Origin: the human T2T-CHM13v2.0 reference genome, Homo sapiens
Direction: 5' to 3'
Assembly (NCBI GenBank): GCA_009914755.4
Contig: CP068257.2
Coordinates: forward strand, 17,760,001 to 17,824,000
Length of the DNA stretch: 64,000 nucleotides
In this document: positions 1 through 16,364 of the stretch, piece by piece
Numbering within the stretch: position 1 is the stretch's first letter
How the letters are laid out: each line of letters starts with the position of its first letter
Position numbers and translations under genes: made by a program
The notes under the pieces: model-generated
Database searches by the model: none
What the model was told of the DNA's origin: nothing
The model's input: only the letters and a program-made list of their open reading frames with translations

Positions 1-421
1 TAGACTTATTGCTGTAGGTGATTTTTTAAAGTTTTACCACACTGAACTTGGCTCATATATACACTAGAATTTTAGAAATATAAAACAGTATTATATCTGA
101 TCTGTTCAATTCATCTATATTATATGCCATATGATTTTAATAACATTATTTCAAAGGCATTTCAGGTAAAGCCAGTTTTGAATTAATTTATAATTCTTTG
201 ACTCACAAATCAAAGAATAAAATACTCTTCTCTATTTCTTCAAAGGTAGAAAAAAACTGAATGTCTGTAGAAGATGGGGCAATCTGAAGTTATTTTATTT
301 GGAACATTATGATATAATATAATTTTCATGGAAAATATGAGATGCATGACCTAAATAAAAATATGGTTTACAATTGTTCATTGGCATACACAGACACATA
401 TTTAAGAATTATACCATCTTT

Positions 422-722
422 GGCCTGCTGCGGTGGCTCATGCCTGTAATCCCAGCACCTTGGGAGGATGAGGCGGGCAGATCACCTGAGGTCGGGAGTT
501 CGAGACCAGCCTGACCAACATGGAGAAACCCTGTCTCTACTAAAAATACAAAATTAGCTGGGCATGGTGGTGCATGCCTGTAATCCCAGCTACTCAGGAA
601 GGCTGAGGTAGGAGAATTGCTGGAACCCGGGAGGCGGAGGTTGCGGTGAGTGCAGACCGCACCATTGCACTCCAGCCTGGGCCACAAGAGTGAAACTCTG
701 TCTCAAAAAAAAAAAAAAAAAA
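422..722 (+). mobile_element. Alu SINE (AluS-like), full length with A-tail
   Basis: Begins GGCCTGCTGCGGTGGCTCATGCCTGTAATCCCAGCA. Both monomers are present, with the middle A-rich linker (TACTAAAAATACAAAATTAGCTGGGCATGGTGG). Ends in an 18-nt poly-A. A 14-bp target-site duplication AAGAATTATACCAT lies at 404-417 and 721-734. Confidence 0.93.
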
Positions 723-1747
723 GAATTATACCATTTTTATTTCCCTTTAAGGTTCATAATACTCGGATTAAAATACTAGCACTTTAATAATATACAACCT
801 AAAATATTAATTTCCATTTATCAAAATAATTGTCAGCAATATAAATATTTTAATTGTAATTAGCTTTTATACGAACTCAATTATTTTTTCCATGAATCAG
901 CACAATATCTTTTGTTTCTTTAAATTTCTAACTGTAGTGCCGACCTGTGAAGTCTAAGAGTTGACTTATAGACATATCCTTCCTTACTCTTGAACCATTA
1001 TATCCAGGCCTGGGTATAATTAGGCATGTGTCATTTAAAGATAAGAATAAATTCTGAGAATGCATTGTTGGGAGATTTCATTGTTGAATGCAAACATCAT
1101 AGAATGTACGTATACAAACCTAGATACCGTAGCCTACTACATACCTAGGGTATATGGTATAACTTATTACTCCTAGGTCACTAACTTGCACAGCATGTTA
1201 CTCTACTGAATACTGGAAGCAATCCTAACATGATGGCGAGTATGTGTGTATCTGAACATATCTAACATCAAAAAGGTACATTAAAAATATGGTATTATAA
1301 TTTCATGGGACCACGGCCAGATATGTGGTCCATCATTGACTGAAATGCCATTATGCAGCACTGACTACCAGCAGCCTTATTGCCAGTAGCAGACAGAACA
1401 ACCTGGGGCCCTATAATCAGGAACAGTAGTCCCAGGTTATGTTCCTCAGTCTTCAATTTAGCCACCTCTCCATTCTTTGGATGTGATCCCTCTCTTTTCA
1501 CCCAATCAGTGATTATAACCATACTGAGAGGGATACATCCCTTGAAATTAAGTGCTTGACTGACTTCTGGAAATGCAGCTATCTAGAGATTCCTACTATG
1601 ACCTCATCTCCTAAAAGGGCCCTATGGATATTAATGCCAGTCTTACTCTGAAATCAGTTTTCCTTTTTATTTTTTAATGTTTCATTTATTGTAAAAAAAT
1701 GGAAACAACCATACTTCCACTTGCCAGCTTTACCAAATCTCAATTTT

Positions 1748-1967
1748 ATGAGAAATTCATGTCAAATTTTTAAAGAAATTAAATATGATAGATATATAAC
1801 TCTAATGCAATTGTATAGAACCCCACTTTCTAGAAGGGCATGTGGATTCTCAATCTCATGAGAAATTCATGTCAAATTTTCAAAGAAATTAAATATGATA
1901 GATACATAACTCTAATGCAATTGTATAGAACCCCACTTTCTAGAAGGGCGTGTTGATTCTCATTGTT
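1748..1967. repeat. Local tandem duplication, 2 copies of a ~110-bp unit
   Basis: The unit ATGAGAAATTCATGTCAAATTTT(T/C)AAAGAAATTAAATATGATAGATA(T/C)ATAACTCTAATGCAATTGTATAGAACCCCACTTTCTAGAAGGGC(A/G)TGT(G/T)GATTCTCA occurs twice, head to tail. Copy 1 starts at 1748 and copy 2 at 1858, with about 4 mismatches. Confidence 0.85.
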
Positions 1968-2893
1968 GCATGTCCTTAATTACGCTTGATATTGTTTATG
2001 GCTTAACATTTTGTAGCTTTGAAGAGATTGAAATGATTTTTTTTCTTTCAAAATTCCTCGCACTTTTTGAGGCTCAGTATTGCATATACTTTATTTTAGC
2101 ATTTGTATTAACTCTTCTGTAAATTGTCCAATTCATTTGTGTATCTTTCTATTGGCTTATTTTATTGCTACTGATTTGAAGTGTATTATTCTGTATATAT
2201 TTTCTAATTGGAAACTGACAATAATTTCTCCCAGTCTGTGATTTACTCATTTATATTGGCTTTCTTTTTCTTTTTGTTTTTCTAAATATTTTAATTTCAA
2301 TATAATCAAGACATTTAATAAAATATCTGGTATACTGGGTCCCAGTTAAGTTGACATATAAAATTAAACATTGCAGATCTTTACTGTGATTAATGCAATA
2401 CCAGTCCCATATTAGGAATTTATTTCATGTCCAAAGGAAAAAGTAAATAAAGATAATAACTATTAGCAGCCATATTGACAATAGCAAATATGAGCCAACT
2501 GGGGCCCTATAAGCAGGAAGAGTAGTCTTAGGTTCTTTTCCTTTATGGTTTATACTTTTGTAATCTGTCCAGAGAAATTTATTTGAATTTTGTGATAGTT
2601 TATTTTTTATCATAATTGTGGCTTAGTAGAACATTTTCTATTTCTTACTATTTTCGTGCTGTGATCATTTCTCTCTATTCATTTAAAATGACATTTCATA
2701 TGAATTGGTATTCTAATTTTGAGCTATTCTTACATTCCTGCGACATACCCGTCTTGATCATAATTTTTCAAATAGCTACAAAAAAACTATGCTTTAAAGT
2801 TATATTCAACATTGCTAATTTAATGCTTGTAAGATTAGTTTCCAGTTTACATTTTATATACTGTGATGCTCTTAGGTATTAAGGTTATGCAAT

Positions 2894-2963
2894 TTAATTA
2901 ATAGCTTTACTTTTTTGTTGTTTATTGGTTAATTAGTAGCTTTATGTTTTTGTTGTTTATTGG
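2894..2963. repeat. Local tandem duplication, 2 copies of a ~35-bp unit
   Basis: TAATTAATAGCTTTACTTTTTTGTTGTTTATTGG is followed directly by TTAATTAGTAGCTTTATGTTTTTGTTGTTTATTGG. Confidence 0.75.
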
Positions 2964-3666
2964 CCCATCCACTCTTTCAAATAGTTTATTTAATTTGGGG
3001 ATCGTTTGCTCTGAGATAGTTTAAAATTCTTTTATAAAACTTATTTTACAAAATTGTTGGTCTTGGTATTTACTTTTTTATTGTATTTCAATGACTTCAA
3101 TGGTTATTTATTTAGTTTTCTATCTCTTCTTCACCCCAATTTGGCACATTAAATTTTGCTACAATTTATATATGCACATATTTGAATTTATAAGCAAATA
3201 GTTATGTACAGTGTTCTATTATATTATATTCATCTTTAATATTAAAAACTCTTTATGTGGTCAATTTTAAAAGCTCTGTTTATTAATTATATTTATCTGT
3301 TTTTATTACACTCCACTTTTGAAATATAAAGAAACTCTACATCTTAATTAAAATGGTTCTTATTATAATCAATGTTTACTTTTTCCTTTGAACATGTAAT
3401 AAGTTCCCAAAATGGCACAATCATTGCATTAATCACTACTAGTAGAGTCCTATGATTGTCAATAGTATCTGTTAACTTGACTGAGGCACAGGATGCCCAG
3501 ATAACTGCTTATACATTATTTCCAGGTGTGCTTGTGAGAGTATTTGCTGACTAGCATTTAAATTGGTAAACTGAATAAGGCAGATAATCCTCCCTAGTGT
3601 GAATGGCCAACATATAATCTGTTGAGGGCCTTAAACAAAAATGCAGAGGAATGTTGGATTTGCATT

Positions 3667-3703
3667 TTCTCTCTCTCTTCTCTCTTCTCTCTCTCTCTCT
3701 CTC
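3667..3703. repeat. (TC)n / poly-pyrimidine microsatellite
   Basis: TCTCTCTCTTCTCTCTTCTCTCTCTCTCTCTCTC. Confidence 0.9.
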
Positions 3704-3792
3704 AACTGAAATATTAATCTTACAGCTTACAGACAGCATATCATGCAACTTTTTTTGCCTCCATAACTGTGAATCCAATAGCTTATAATAAA

Positions 3793-3843
3793 TCTATGTA
3801 TCTATGTATCTATCTATGTATCTATCTATCTATCTATCTATTT
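3793..3843. repeat. (TATC)n / (TCTA)n tetranucleotide microsatellite, interrupted
   Basis: TCTATGTATCTATGTATCTATCTATGTATCTATCTATCTATCTATCTATTTAT. Confidence 0.9.
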
Positions 3844-5710
3844 ATAAGTGCTGTTTCTCTGGAGAACTCAAATACAAAGCCAATAGTGTTTTATGAAATA
3901 ATTATATGGAAAGATAATTGGAGTAAGCTTCAAAGTAAAATACTGGAGATGCTTTTTTATTCCAAATTATAATGATCTCAAGTATCTATGAGAAAGATTT
4001 ATTAGCTAGTGTAACTTGAAGGTACCTGAGTACGTCTGGCTTCAGTCAGCCTTTTCCAGAGGCTCATATGATGTTGTCAGAGCTCCAGCTCTGTATCTGA
4101 AATCTGATTATTTTTCATTTTCTTTCTGTTGTTATTGACCTGTCTTTAAATGCCAGCAAACATTCTCTATTTGCTAATATGTACCTGCTTGCATTCCAAG
4201 TATACAAATGATCACTGATACAAATAAGTCACTGATACACATACTGGGTTCAAAATAAACTTTTTAGAAAGATCCATAAGGATTTGTTTTTGGACAGATG
4301 TTAACAGTGAAACAAGGCTGTATCCAAAGAATTTTGGAACAAATTACCATAAAGTATCGATGGAGTGTTCTCTGATTCTCAACCATATCCATGTAGAACA
4401 ATTCTCAAAATAACAGAAATGGTTTGTGGGAAGATAAACATTTTGGAAAAACCAAGATTAAAATTGTCATGACATATAGAAAATATATAACAAGTTGAAT
4501 GATGTCATCTGCAAAAGGGACTCCACATCCACCTACATGTATAAAGAGGCTCTTGAGAGAAATCTTGAAGAATCATAGGAGTTACTCTGAGATTACAATT
4601 TATATATTGTATTTTTTGTTGGAGAAGGGATCAACACCTATGTCTGTGTGCTCATTCCTACTGTGATGAAGTTTCAAAGGGAATAGTTTCTGCAAATGTA
4701 AGGACTATAGGACAGCATGACATATTAACAAATATATATCTATTATAGCATATTAAAACTGAAACACTCAAGTTTTTGCAAGAACTTTAAGAGAAACATG
4801 TATTTTATGTCATAAAGTAAAATTTGCCAATACCACAATAGAGAGTAATGAAAGTAAAATTATTCAACAACAAGAAATTATTCCTCTTTTTTAGATTTAG
4901 ACAACAAGATGTAATCCTTCCTTTTAAGCAAAGTAGTGTGTTCTTATAAGTACATATAACTAAAATATTGGCCTTACCTCTGTTTTCTTTTTCTTTACCT
5001 TTATTTTCTTTAGTCATATAAACCTTGAAAATATTTGTTTCAAATATTCACAAACTATAGCCAAGGAATATCGAAGTTTGCTTGCATATAAACACTTTTA
5101 GCACATGTTTATGAATTATTAAATATCAGAATAAAATTTGAAAACTTTTAAAAGTTACTTGATCAAAAATTATTGAATTCAAGTTGAAATGACACATATT
5201 ATGAATGATACTAAGTACTGGTGTTATTTTACTCTATTTTCCATAATAGTGAAAGCTACATAGGGATAAGCAAAAAAGTATATTCCGTTATATGTTTAAT
5301 TATGTCTAACTAAGGACATCAGTTGATATATACTGAAAATTTACACCAGTTGATCTATCCCATTGATGTATTATAGTATAAATCATAAAATTAGACAAAG
5401 ATATCTAAAGAGTACATAATCTCTTTAAAAATTTCTTATTTCTTAATTACATTTTCTCCATATGTATTCAAACATCACACTGAGTTGGCTGATAATTTAG
5501 CTTTACAATTATGGGTTTTAAAATGACATAGAGTTTGCACTGCAATTCCAAGTGGATGAAGAGAAAATGGGAAATAAATGAATGCTTGCATTTTTAGGCC
5601 ATCATGGTAATTCTATTTAAATTGCCATACAAAGAACAGAAGTTAAACTTTTCCTAAAATTTGGGTTGGAGATGTTAAGTATTATTTGGAAAATAAATTA
5701 CACAAAACCA

Positions 5711-5780
5711 TCTCTTTCTCTCTTTCTCTCTCTCACACACACACACGTACACACACAGATGCACATACACACACACAAAC
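5711..5780. repeat. Compound (TC)n(CA)n microsatellite
   Basis: TCTCTTTCTCTCTTTCTCTCTCTCACACACACACACGTACACACACAGATGCACATACACACACACAAAC. Confidence 0.9.
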
Positions 5781-8664
5781 TCCCTGTCCCCAGAATCTAT
5801 TTGTTATAACAGCACATATAATATAAAGCAATGTAGTTCAGAATAGAATTTCATTTCATTATATTAAGTGAAATAAAAAGAGACACAGAAAGACACACAA
5901 AACAAATATTGCATGTTCTCACTCATCCGTGGGAGCTAAAAGGGTTATCTCACGGAACTAGAAAGTGGAATGATTGACACTTAAGGCTTAGAAGTGTGTA
6001 GTGGTGAGAGTGGAGGGTGAAGAGAGGTTGGTCAATGTGTTCAAACATACAGTTAGATAGAAGGTATAAATCCTAATGTGTGATAGCAATAATAGGGCAA
6101 ATATAGCTAGCAACAATGTATTACACATTTCAAAGTAGCTAGAAAAAATAACTTGAAATATTCCCAACACATGGAAATGAGAAATACTCGAGGTGATGAT
6201 TACTCCAAATACCCCAACTTAATTATTACACATTCTATGCATGTAACAAAATGCCACAGGTACCCAACAAATATGTCATATATTATGTATCAATTTAAAA
6301 AAGAATAAAAAACAAATGTAGTTCACATTGTACTGTAATTTTTTGTTACTTCAATTTGCAATGTTGTTTTCTGAATAGTTTATGTCTTTCTCACGTATTT
6401 CAATTCTTTTCTATTGAAATAGCGAAGACAGTTATAAGTTGATAACTTTATATCTTATCTCAGAGTGTGTATGATGAGTTCAGCATTCATTCATGAAAAT
6501 GAGCATTCCTAGTTCTCTCAAACATCAAAAAACAGTAGAAAACTAAATTCTTTTTGCATCTAATTTCTTACTAGTTCTTCTATTTACCTGTTTTTTTAGT
6601 CTAATTTCTATTTACTACAGGTGTCAAGAAGTCACAGTTTTTAGAATTTTATGATTAAAGTGAAATGTGCTATGGAATTATTTAAACTACAGCCTGAAAA
6701 TGTTTTGCTTTCTTGTGCTTCTACTTGTAATTGATGTAAATATTTCAGAATAGCTGTTTCTGTTCCTCTGCAGAGGTTACTTTCTATAGGTAGAAGAGGC
6801 AGTGGAATAAGGATACTTATAGAGACTTCATTATGCTTTATTTCTACGTCCAGCCAAGCAAATCCTCATTCAAACTTCTTTGAAGCCTGTATTCTCTTCC
6901 TTAATATTGGAGAAAGACACAGTATAATAAACTTTCTGAAAACCCAAGTTATGAGGCTCCATTAAGGCAATGAATGATAAAATTAAAAATCTCTGGCTAA
7001 TGCAAGATGGTACACGTTCTCATATACTAAATGCCCATCTAATTAAAAAATAACTGATTGCTAAACTATGAGTTATTGAGAATGAGTTCAAATATGAGAG
7101 ATCACAAAGGATTTCCAAAGTAAATAAAATTCAAAAAAAGGCATTGTTAAAGGAGTAAAATTTTGCAGATGAAGATCAGCCAAGATGGATTAACCAGGTT
7201 GAGAAACACATCGGCAAACTCCAAAAGGTAGATGGGAATATGATAAACAGAGGACAGCAAGACCTCTTCCTGGAAAAACTGGACTGTCCAATTTTGTAGG
7301 AATATTAGAAATCAAGGGCTGTTATGAGAAGTGTAGCTACTTTATGAATGATGATGAGTGGCCTTTGCACAAAATCAGTTACTATTTACAGTTTTCTCTT
7401 TTTAAAAAAACATGAGTTATTCCTATGGGATAAATAATCTTCCGTTACCTTCATATACCCAGCAAAAGCACAGTGTCTGAAGAAAAGAAGTAGCCAGTAA
7501 AAAAGCATAATGTGAGTAAATGAAGAAATGAATACAGGAATAAATAAAGAGGTGAATAAATGCACGAAATAAAGTATTTTAGAATACTTATTCTGGCAGC
7601 AGTAAAACATTTTAAATAATTTTGAAAAGTGCCTAAAGATTTGAAAAGAATATGTAAATTTAAATCGTCCTTGAATATTACACATATATAAATCAGTATC
7701 ACAAGTTCATAAAATCCATAAGAGATGCATCGCTATCATTTCTCAAATTTTAAGGTTTATAGCAGGTATATCAGAGTTCTAAGTTTATGTTAGCATTTGG
7801 CTTTCTATTGGCATCAGCATTCTAATTTTTTTAAAGTACCATTCTGAATAGATGTTTAAAATATTGACGATAATTATCAATATCATTTCTGATATTTTAA
7901 AACACCATGTTGTATAAAATCATAATGAGATGGAATGTTATACTGGACTATGAATACAATAGCACTGGGAATGATGTCATTACTAAAGACTGCTTTTTAC
8001 TTTTTATCATCCCTAAGGGAAGAAATAAAAACTGCATTTAGATTGCTTTATTTAAATCATATTAGAATATAATTATAATTTTAAAACATTGGATATGTTT
8101 TTTAAAAATTACAGAAAAGTAGAAGAAAATAATCAGTTCCTTTGTTGAACACAGTATCTATGTGAAATTAAACAAACATATAAAGTTGTGTATTCTTTCT
8201 TCAACAAGCAAAGAAAGTGGGAGAAGCTTCAAATGATGAAGACACAGAAAACAATTGATGCTGGAATTTTCTATCATTGTGTATGTTGTTTTTGTGGCTT
8301 TTTATACCAAATCATTATAAAATGAGTCAAGCATTATATACTCTACTGATTCTTCATGAGTAAGAATATACAAATAAAATTGATAGTAAAATAACTAAAT
8401 TATAACAACTTATACTTTATACATATATTTAAAAGCCATGATTATGGAAATGGTGATACATATGAACAAATTAGTCACCTCCTGAAATTTGTGTGCATTC
8501 AATGTTTATTATAATTTTTTTCTATCTTGAACAAATAAAAATTAATCCAAATATTTTCAAAAAGTGATTACAGGATTTGACTGGTGTTCATGTGAAATTT
8601 CAGAACACCTGTATATCATATGTAGGCCTTATCAAATTGAAGATATCTGTATAGACTTGTGGAT

Positions 8665-8740
8665 ACACACACACACACACACACACACATATGGTTTTAA
8701 ATTTGTGTTTTCCTACATATACATATACATATACATATAG
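8665..8740. repeat. (CA)12 microsatellite followed by (ACAT/ATAC)n
   Basis: ACACACACACACACACACACACACA at 8665-8689, then ACATATACATATACATATACATATAG at 8715-8740. Confidence 0.9.
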
Positions 8741-9020
8741 TCCTTACTGTACCAGGAGAGGGTCTGAGAGCAGCAAAAGTCTAATAGCACTGAGTTCACC
8801 TTCTCTTGCCTCCTCTTAGCTTCCATATATCATTTTCAACTAAATAAGAGACTCCTCAGAGAAATGGCTGATTCTAAGCAAAAGTTCATAGTGATACTGG
8901 AAACACCATTTCTATCAGAAAGCCAAATGTGTTAAAAAAATTATGGGGCATGTTGAAAGGACACAGATGTCAACTTGAAAAAAGCTACCATTAGCCAAAT
9001 TTAGGATAATTTGAGCTTCA

Positions 9021-9430
<410 letters not shown>

Positions 9431-10129
9431 CTGTGTCTGTACTGAACTTGTAAATAGATTTTTCTTGCCATTATTTCCTAAGCCATACAGTACAAAAACT
9501 ATTTACCTTTTACTTTGTATTAGCAGTTATAAGTAATCTAGAAATGATTTAAAGTATATGAAAGGATGTGCATATGTTATATGCAAATACAATGCCATTT
9601 TATATCAGGGACTTAAGCATTCATAGACTTTAGTATCTGAGAGAGGTCCTAGATCTGATCCCCTAGGGATACTGAAGAATGATGATAGTCCCATAAGATT
9701 ATAATGGAGCATATGGAGAAAACTGATACATGGAACTTGCTATTAGCATTGCAGATCAAGTTAGGGACAATAATTGATATTAAGTAATGGTGCTTGGACA
9801 TTTAGTTTTTCATCTGAAAATATACATACATAAACTCAAATACATATACATTTTATATATAAAAATATATATTATCTAGTTTTCTGTAAGTATACTCTAT
9901 GACGTTTGCACAATAACGAAATCGCCTCATAATGCACTTCTCAGAATACAATCATGTCGATAAGCAATGAATGGCTGCATTTTATTTTAACATAAATGCA
10001 TGGACATAATACAAAAGAAGTGTTACATAGGCTTTATGTCACCTTTATCCCCAGTGACACTGCCCAGAGGCAACAAGTTTTAACTTCCCTATTTTCTTGG
10101 TTCATCTGCAGATCACTCGCATTGTTTTA

Positions 10130-10230
10130 CATATAGATACACATATATATATATACATAAATTTATTTTATATATAATGGTATTATATTATATATATGTG
10201 TGTGTGTATAGGCATATGTACATATATTCC
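10130..10230. repeat. AT/TG-rich low-complexity region with (TA)n and (TG)n runs
   Basis: ACATATATATATATACATAAATTTATTTTATATATAATGGTATTATATTATATATATGTGTGTGTGTATAGGCATATGTACATATAT. Confidence 0.8.
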
Positions 10231-12027
10231 ACTTATTGGTACTTTAACTTTGGACAGTTTCAATTAACTTGAAAAAAGAGAATTAACTATTATGAAAAAT
10301 GAACAGTAAATGAACTATAAATAAACCCTATTTCTCTTTCTCAGTATTATCCCTAAGATTTTTCTCGATTCCACTATTTATTGCTTTAATCTTTTGTATA
10401 ATATATTTATACCCATTTCTCTTAGTTAATTAACTGCACAGCAGTACATGTTGGCTAAGTAAGATGAGCACATTTTAATTCGTAACCTTTTCTCCATCTC
10501 TGGTATGTTTCTCTAACTTTCAAATCCTTCTAGTTGTTTTGTTTTGGTTTTGCTTTTACCTTGACAAGCTGTATAACTTTTATGTATTAAACAAATCTTG
10601 TCCCCATGCTGTATTTATATTTTACGTTGAGACAAGAAAACAGAAATAACGTAAAATTAGTATTCATTACAGAAATGACTAGTGTACTTGGATCTGTAGA
10701 AAATAAACATATTATAATATAATCATTTTTATTCAAATATGTTCTCATATATAAATTAGGATCATTTCTAAATTTGAAGAACAGATCTTCCTGTCACATT
10801 GTTGCATTCCATATATTTCAAAATCAGTCCATATCTTTGTTTGCGTTACATTTGCACCATGATTTTTTAACATATTTTTTCCTGAAATTTCTATTTTTTC
10901 TTTCCTGTTGACAGAAGAATCATATGCCCTTACTATATTGCTAACATCCAGTTTCTTAACATCACATTAGCGATGCACAGCAACTAATAATCTATTCTTA
11001 AGGAAAGAGGGCTAATATGCTAACTCCATGGTTTTGGCAACTTGAGCCCCTTTTGTATTACTTCTCTTCTATAGTCTTAGTTAGGCTTGCATCTTGCAGT
11101 CTAATATAGTTAGTTGTACCAGCTACTATAATATCCACATTCTAGTTGTTGGAGATGGGTGTGGGAGAAGAGGGTAGGAGCCTTACCTTTCAAGTATGCC
11201 ACAAGGAAGTTGCATATATAATATAGCTTCAATAATTTCAGTGTTAACTTATTTGTTTAAACAACAGACATTATTTATATGAACACAACTTGTTGCAAAA
11301 AAGCCAATAAATATAGTTATTTGCTTATTATGTGCTAGAAGTAAAATATTATTATGAGAGAAACAAAGAAGAAACTAAGAGGAGTAATAGCAATGTCTGA
11401 GAAACATTCTATTAATCACATACAGCAATAACAATGCACCGATTCTTTTCTTCAACATGGTTTTCTCCAATCTGGGACTCCTTGTTCTTACTTAGAGCCA
11501 TGTTTCTCAAGGCTTTCCTTTCCTTATATTCCTGAATCATAAATCTCTTTCTTGAATTTGATTTTTATTTTATAGAACACATTCTTTTCTCTCTCATTTT
11601 TTGGCCTCAAAATGAATTGGTTATATTTGAAAATATCTTCCTTTTGCTCTCATGTTTTGAATAATTGCTGAGAATGCATGGATTTTGGTTAAATATCATG
11701 TTTTCACAAACATTTTTCCAAAAAATGGTGTTGCTGATGAAAAATATGGTAGAATTTCTGAGTTTTGTCCCTTGTAGACGAAATGTTACTCTAAAAATTT
11801 TTTAACTTTGTGTTCTAAATTTTCTGAAAAAGATGTATCAAAAATGCCATCCATTTTTTTATGAATCATGCTGTTTAAAATTCAGTAAGATCTTTCAATC
11901 TGAAGTTTTGGGATTTTTCCTTCACTCTGCAAACTTTTTATTGTTTTTTTGATTATTTCTTCCATGTCCCTCTTTCTCTCTTTTTCTGTAATATTTATTT
12001 AGACAAATTGCAAACTTCATAGATATT

Positions 12028-14766
<2,739 letters not shown>

Positions 14767-16046
14767 TATTCCACTGTGAAACTTTTTTTTCAAATGCTGT
14801 AAATTCCCCCCAACTCTTTGTTTCTAGAGTTTTACATCAAGCTTTTTAACTTGATATCTCATGGTAATAATACTATCTTAACTTCCAAAAATACCCTCAT
14901 ATTCTCTGATTACTTTTTTCTCAGAGTAACCTATTATTTGATAGATATTACCTTTTCGTGAATTTTTCTAAAATACTAATTAGAATTATCTAACTTGTAT
15001 TATGTCCCTGGATTATTTTAGGCTCTTCTAATGTTAGTTATCTTTTTGGTTGTTAAATTTCCTCATAGGCATACATTTCTTATTTGTGTTTTTATATTTT
15101 AAAATACGAAAACAATGGCTTGGTTGCCATAGAGGCTTGATTGGAATTGCTATTCCTTGTGAAACTCTGTTTCGGCATTTGGCCTCTTCCTTAAATGTAA
15201 GGCTCGAACTTGACTTCTGTGAAATATACTAACCTATTGGTTTTACTTCATGATATTTGGGCTGGGAGCACAGATTTATGCTTTCTCCACTGTCCGTCCT
15301 GTCTTCTCAAAATAAACGTGGCTTAATTCTAAACTGTCAATACCCACACTAGGAGTTCAATCTTACTTGGGGTCTTTAGACTGGATACACCTGCTTTAAC
15401 CTGTACACTCATGTCATTAGTGCCACTTTTTCTATTAAAATTCAGAAATTTAACTAGTCCATTCCCACTTACTGGACCTGCTGACTTCAATCATTTCCAG
15501 GGCTCAACAGGGAGGAAACAATTCTACCTCCACTGACTTGCCAAATTCCGGGTTCCTGATGGGGCTAACTAATGCTGTAATGTATCACTCACTCAATATG
15601 AGCCCAGTTGCCTTAGACCTTTAAAAAATAAGCTTTGCTCATTGTTGTCCCATTCTTCATACAAGTCTAAGAACTACTTTTGATTATTTTTGTATGCCTT
15701 AGATTTTAAGAAGGGAGGTAAATAAATATATGCTTTTAGTATTCCATGTTGAACAGTAGTGTAGGAGGTATTTTAAACTTTTGTAGATCTTAAATAATGG
15801 CATAGAAAGAAAAAGAGCATTTTTCAATATTAAAATGAGAATACAATCAATAACACTGGAAGCAGATGCTTCAAATTGTCCTTGAAACATAGTGGCATAC
15901 AATTCTTTTGGGAAGAAAATTATTTATCCAATAGGATTTTTTTCAAAAATATTTATATTGTTTAACTATCCAAAATAAAAATTTCATTAAAGCTTTGGAG
16001 GTAAATACAATTAAAATCCGAGTCATTTATTTGATTTAAGTGATTA

Positions 16047-16364
16047 CAGTCATCCTTTGATATCCATAGGGGATTGGTTTCAGGATCCCTATGGGTACCT
16101 AATCCAGGGATGCTCAAGTTCCTAATATAAAATGGTGTAGTATTTGCATGTAACTTACACATATCCTCCCATATACTTTAAATCATCTTTAGATTGCTTG
16201 TAAAACCTAATAAAATGTAAAGGCTATGTATAAGGTTGTTATATTGTAGTTTTAAAATTTATATCATTTCTTACTGTAATATTATTAATTTTTTTGAGTA
16301 TTTTTGATCCACAGTTGGTTGAATCCATGGATGTGGGACCCACTGATTGGGAGAGCCAAATGTA
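16047..16364 (+). mobile_element. Tigger-type (TcMar, Tigger3/4-like) DNA transposon, internally deleted MITE-like copy
   Basis: The 5' end CAGTCATCCTTTGATATCCATAGGGGATTGGTTTCAGGATCCCTATGGGTACCTAATCCAGGGATGCTCAAGTTCCTAATATAAAATGGTGTAGTATTTGCATGTAACTTACACATATCCTCCCATATACTTTAAATCATCTTTAGATTGCTTGTAAAACCTAATAAAATGTAAAGGCTATGTA matches the Tigger3/4 5' terminal region as I recall it. The 3' end GATCCACAGTTGGTTGAATCCATGGATGTGGGACCCACTGATTGGGAGAGCC resembles the 3' terminal inverted repeat. Subfamily is uncertain. Confidence 0.55.

Noticed and set aside
409-687. Short ORFs with proline- and serine-rich translations, such as ...[26 protein letters not shown]..., at 409-687, 9018-9224, 18043-18225, 42603-42854, 45625-45915 and 59892-60287.
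   Set aside because: All of these are translations of Alu elements. The recurring peptide motifs ([31 protein letters not shown]) are the well-known Alu reading-frame artefacts.
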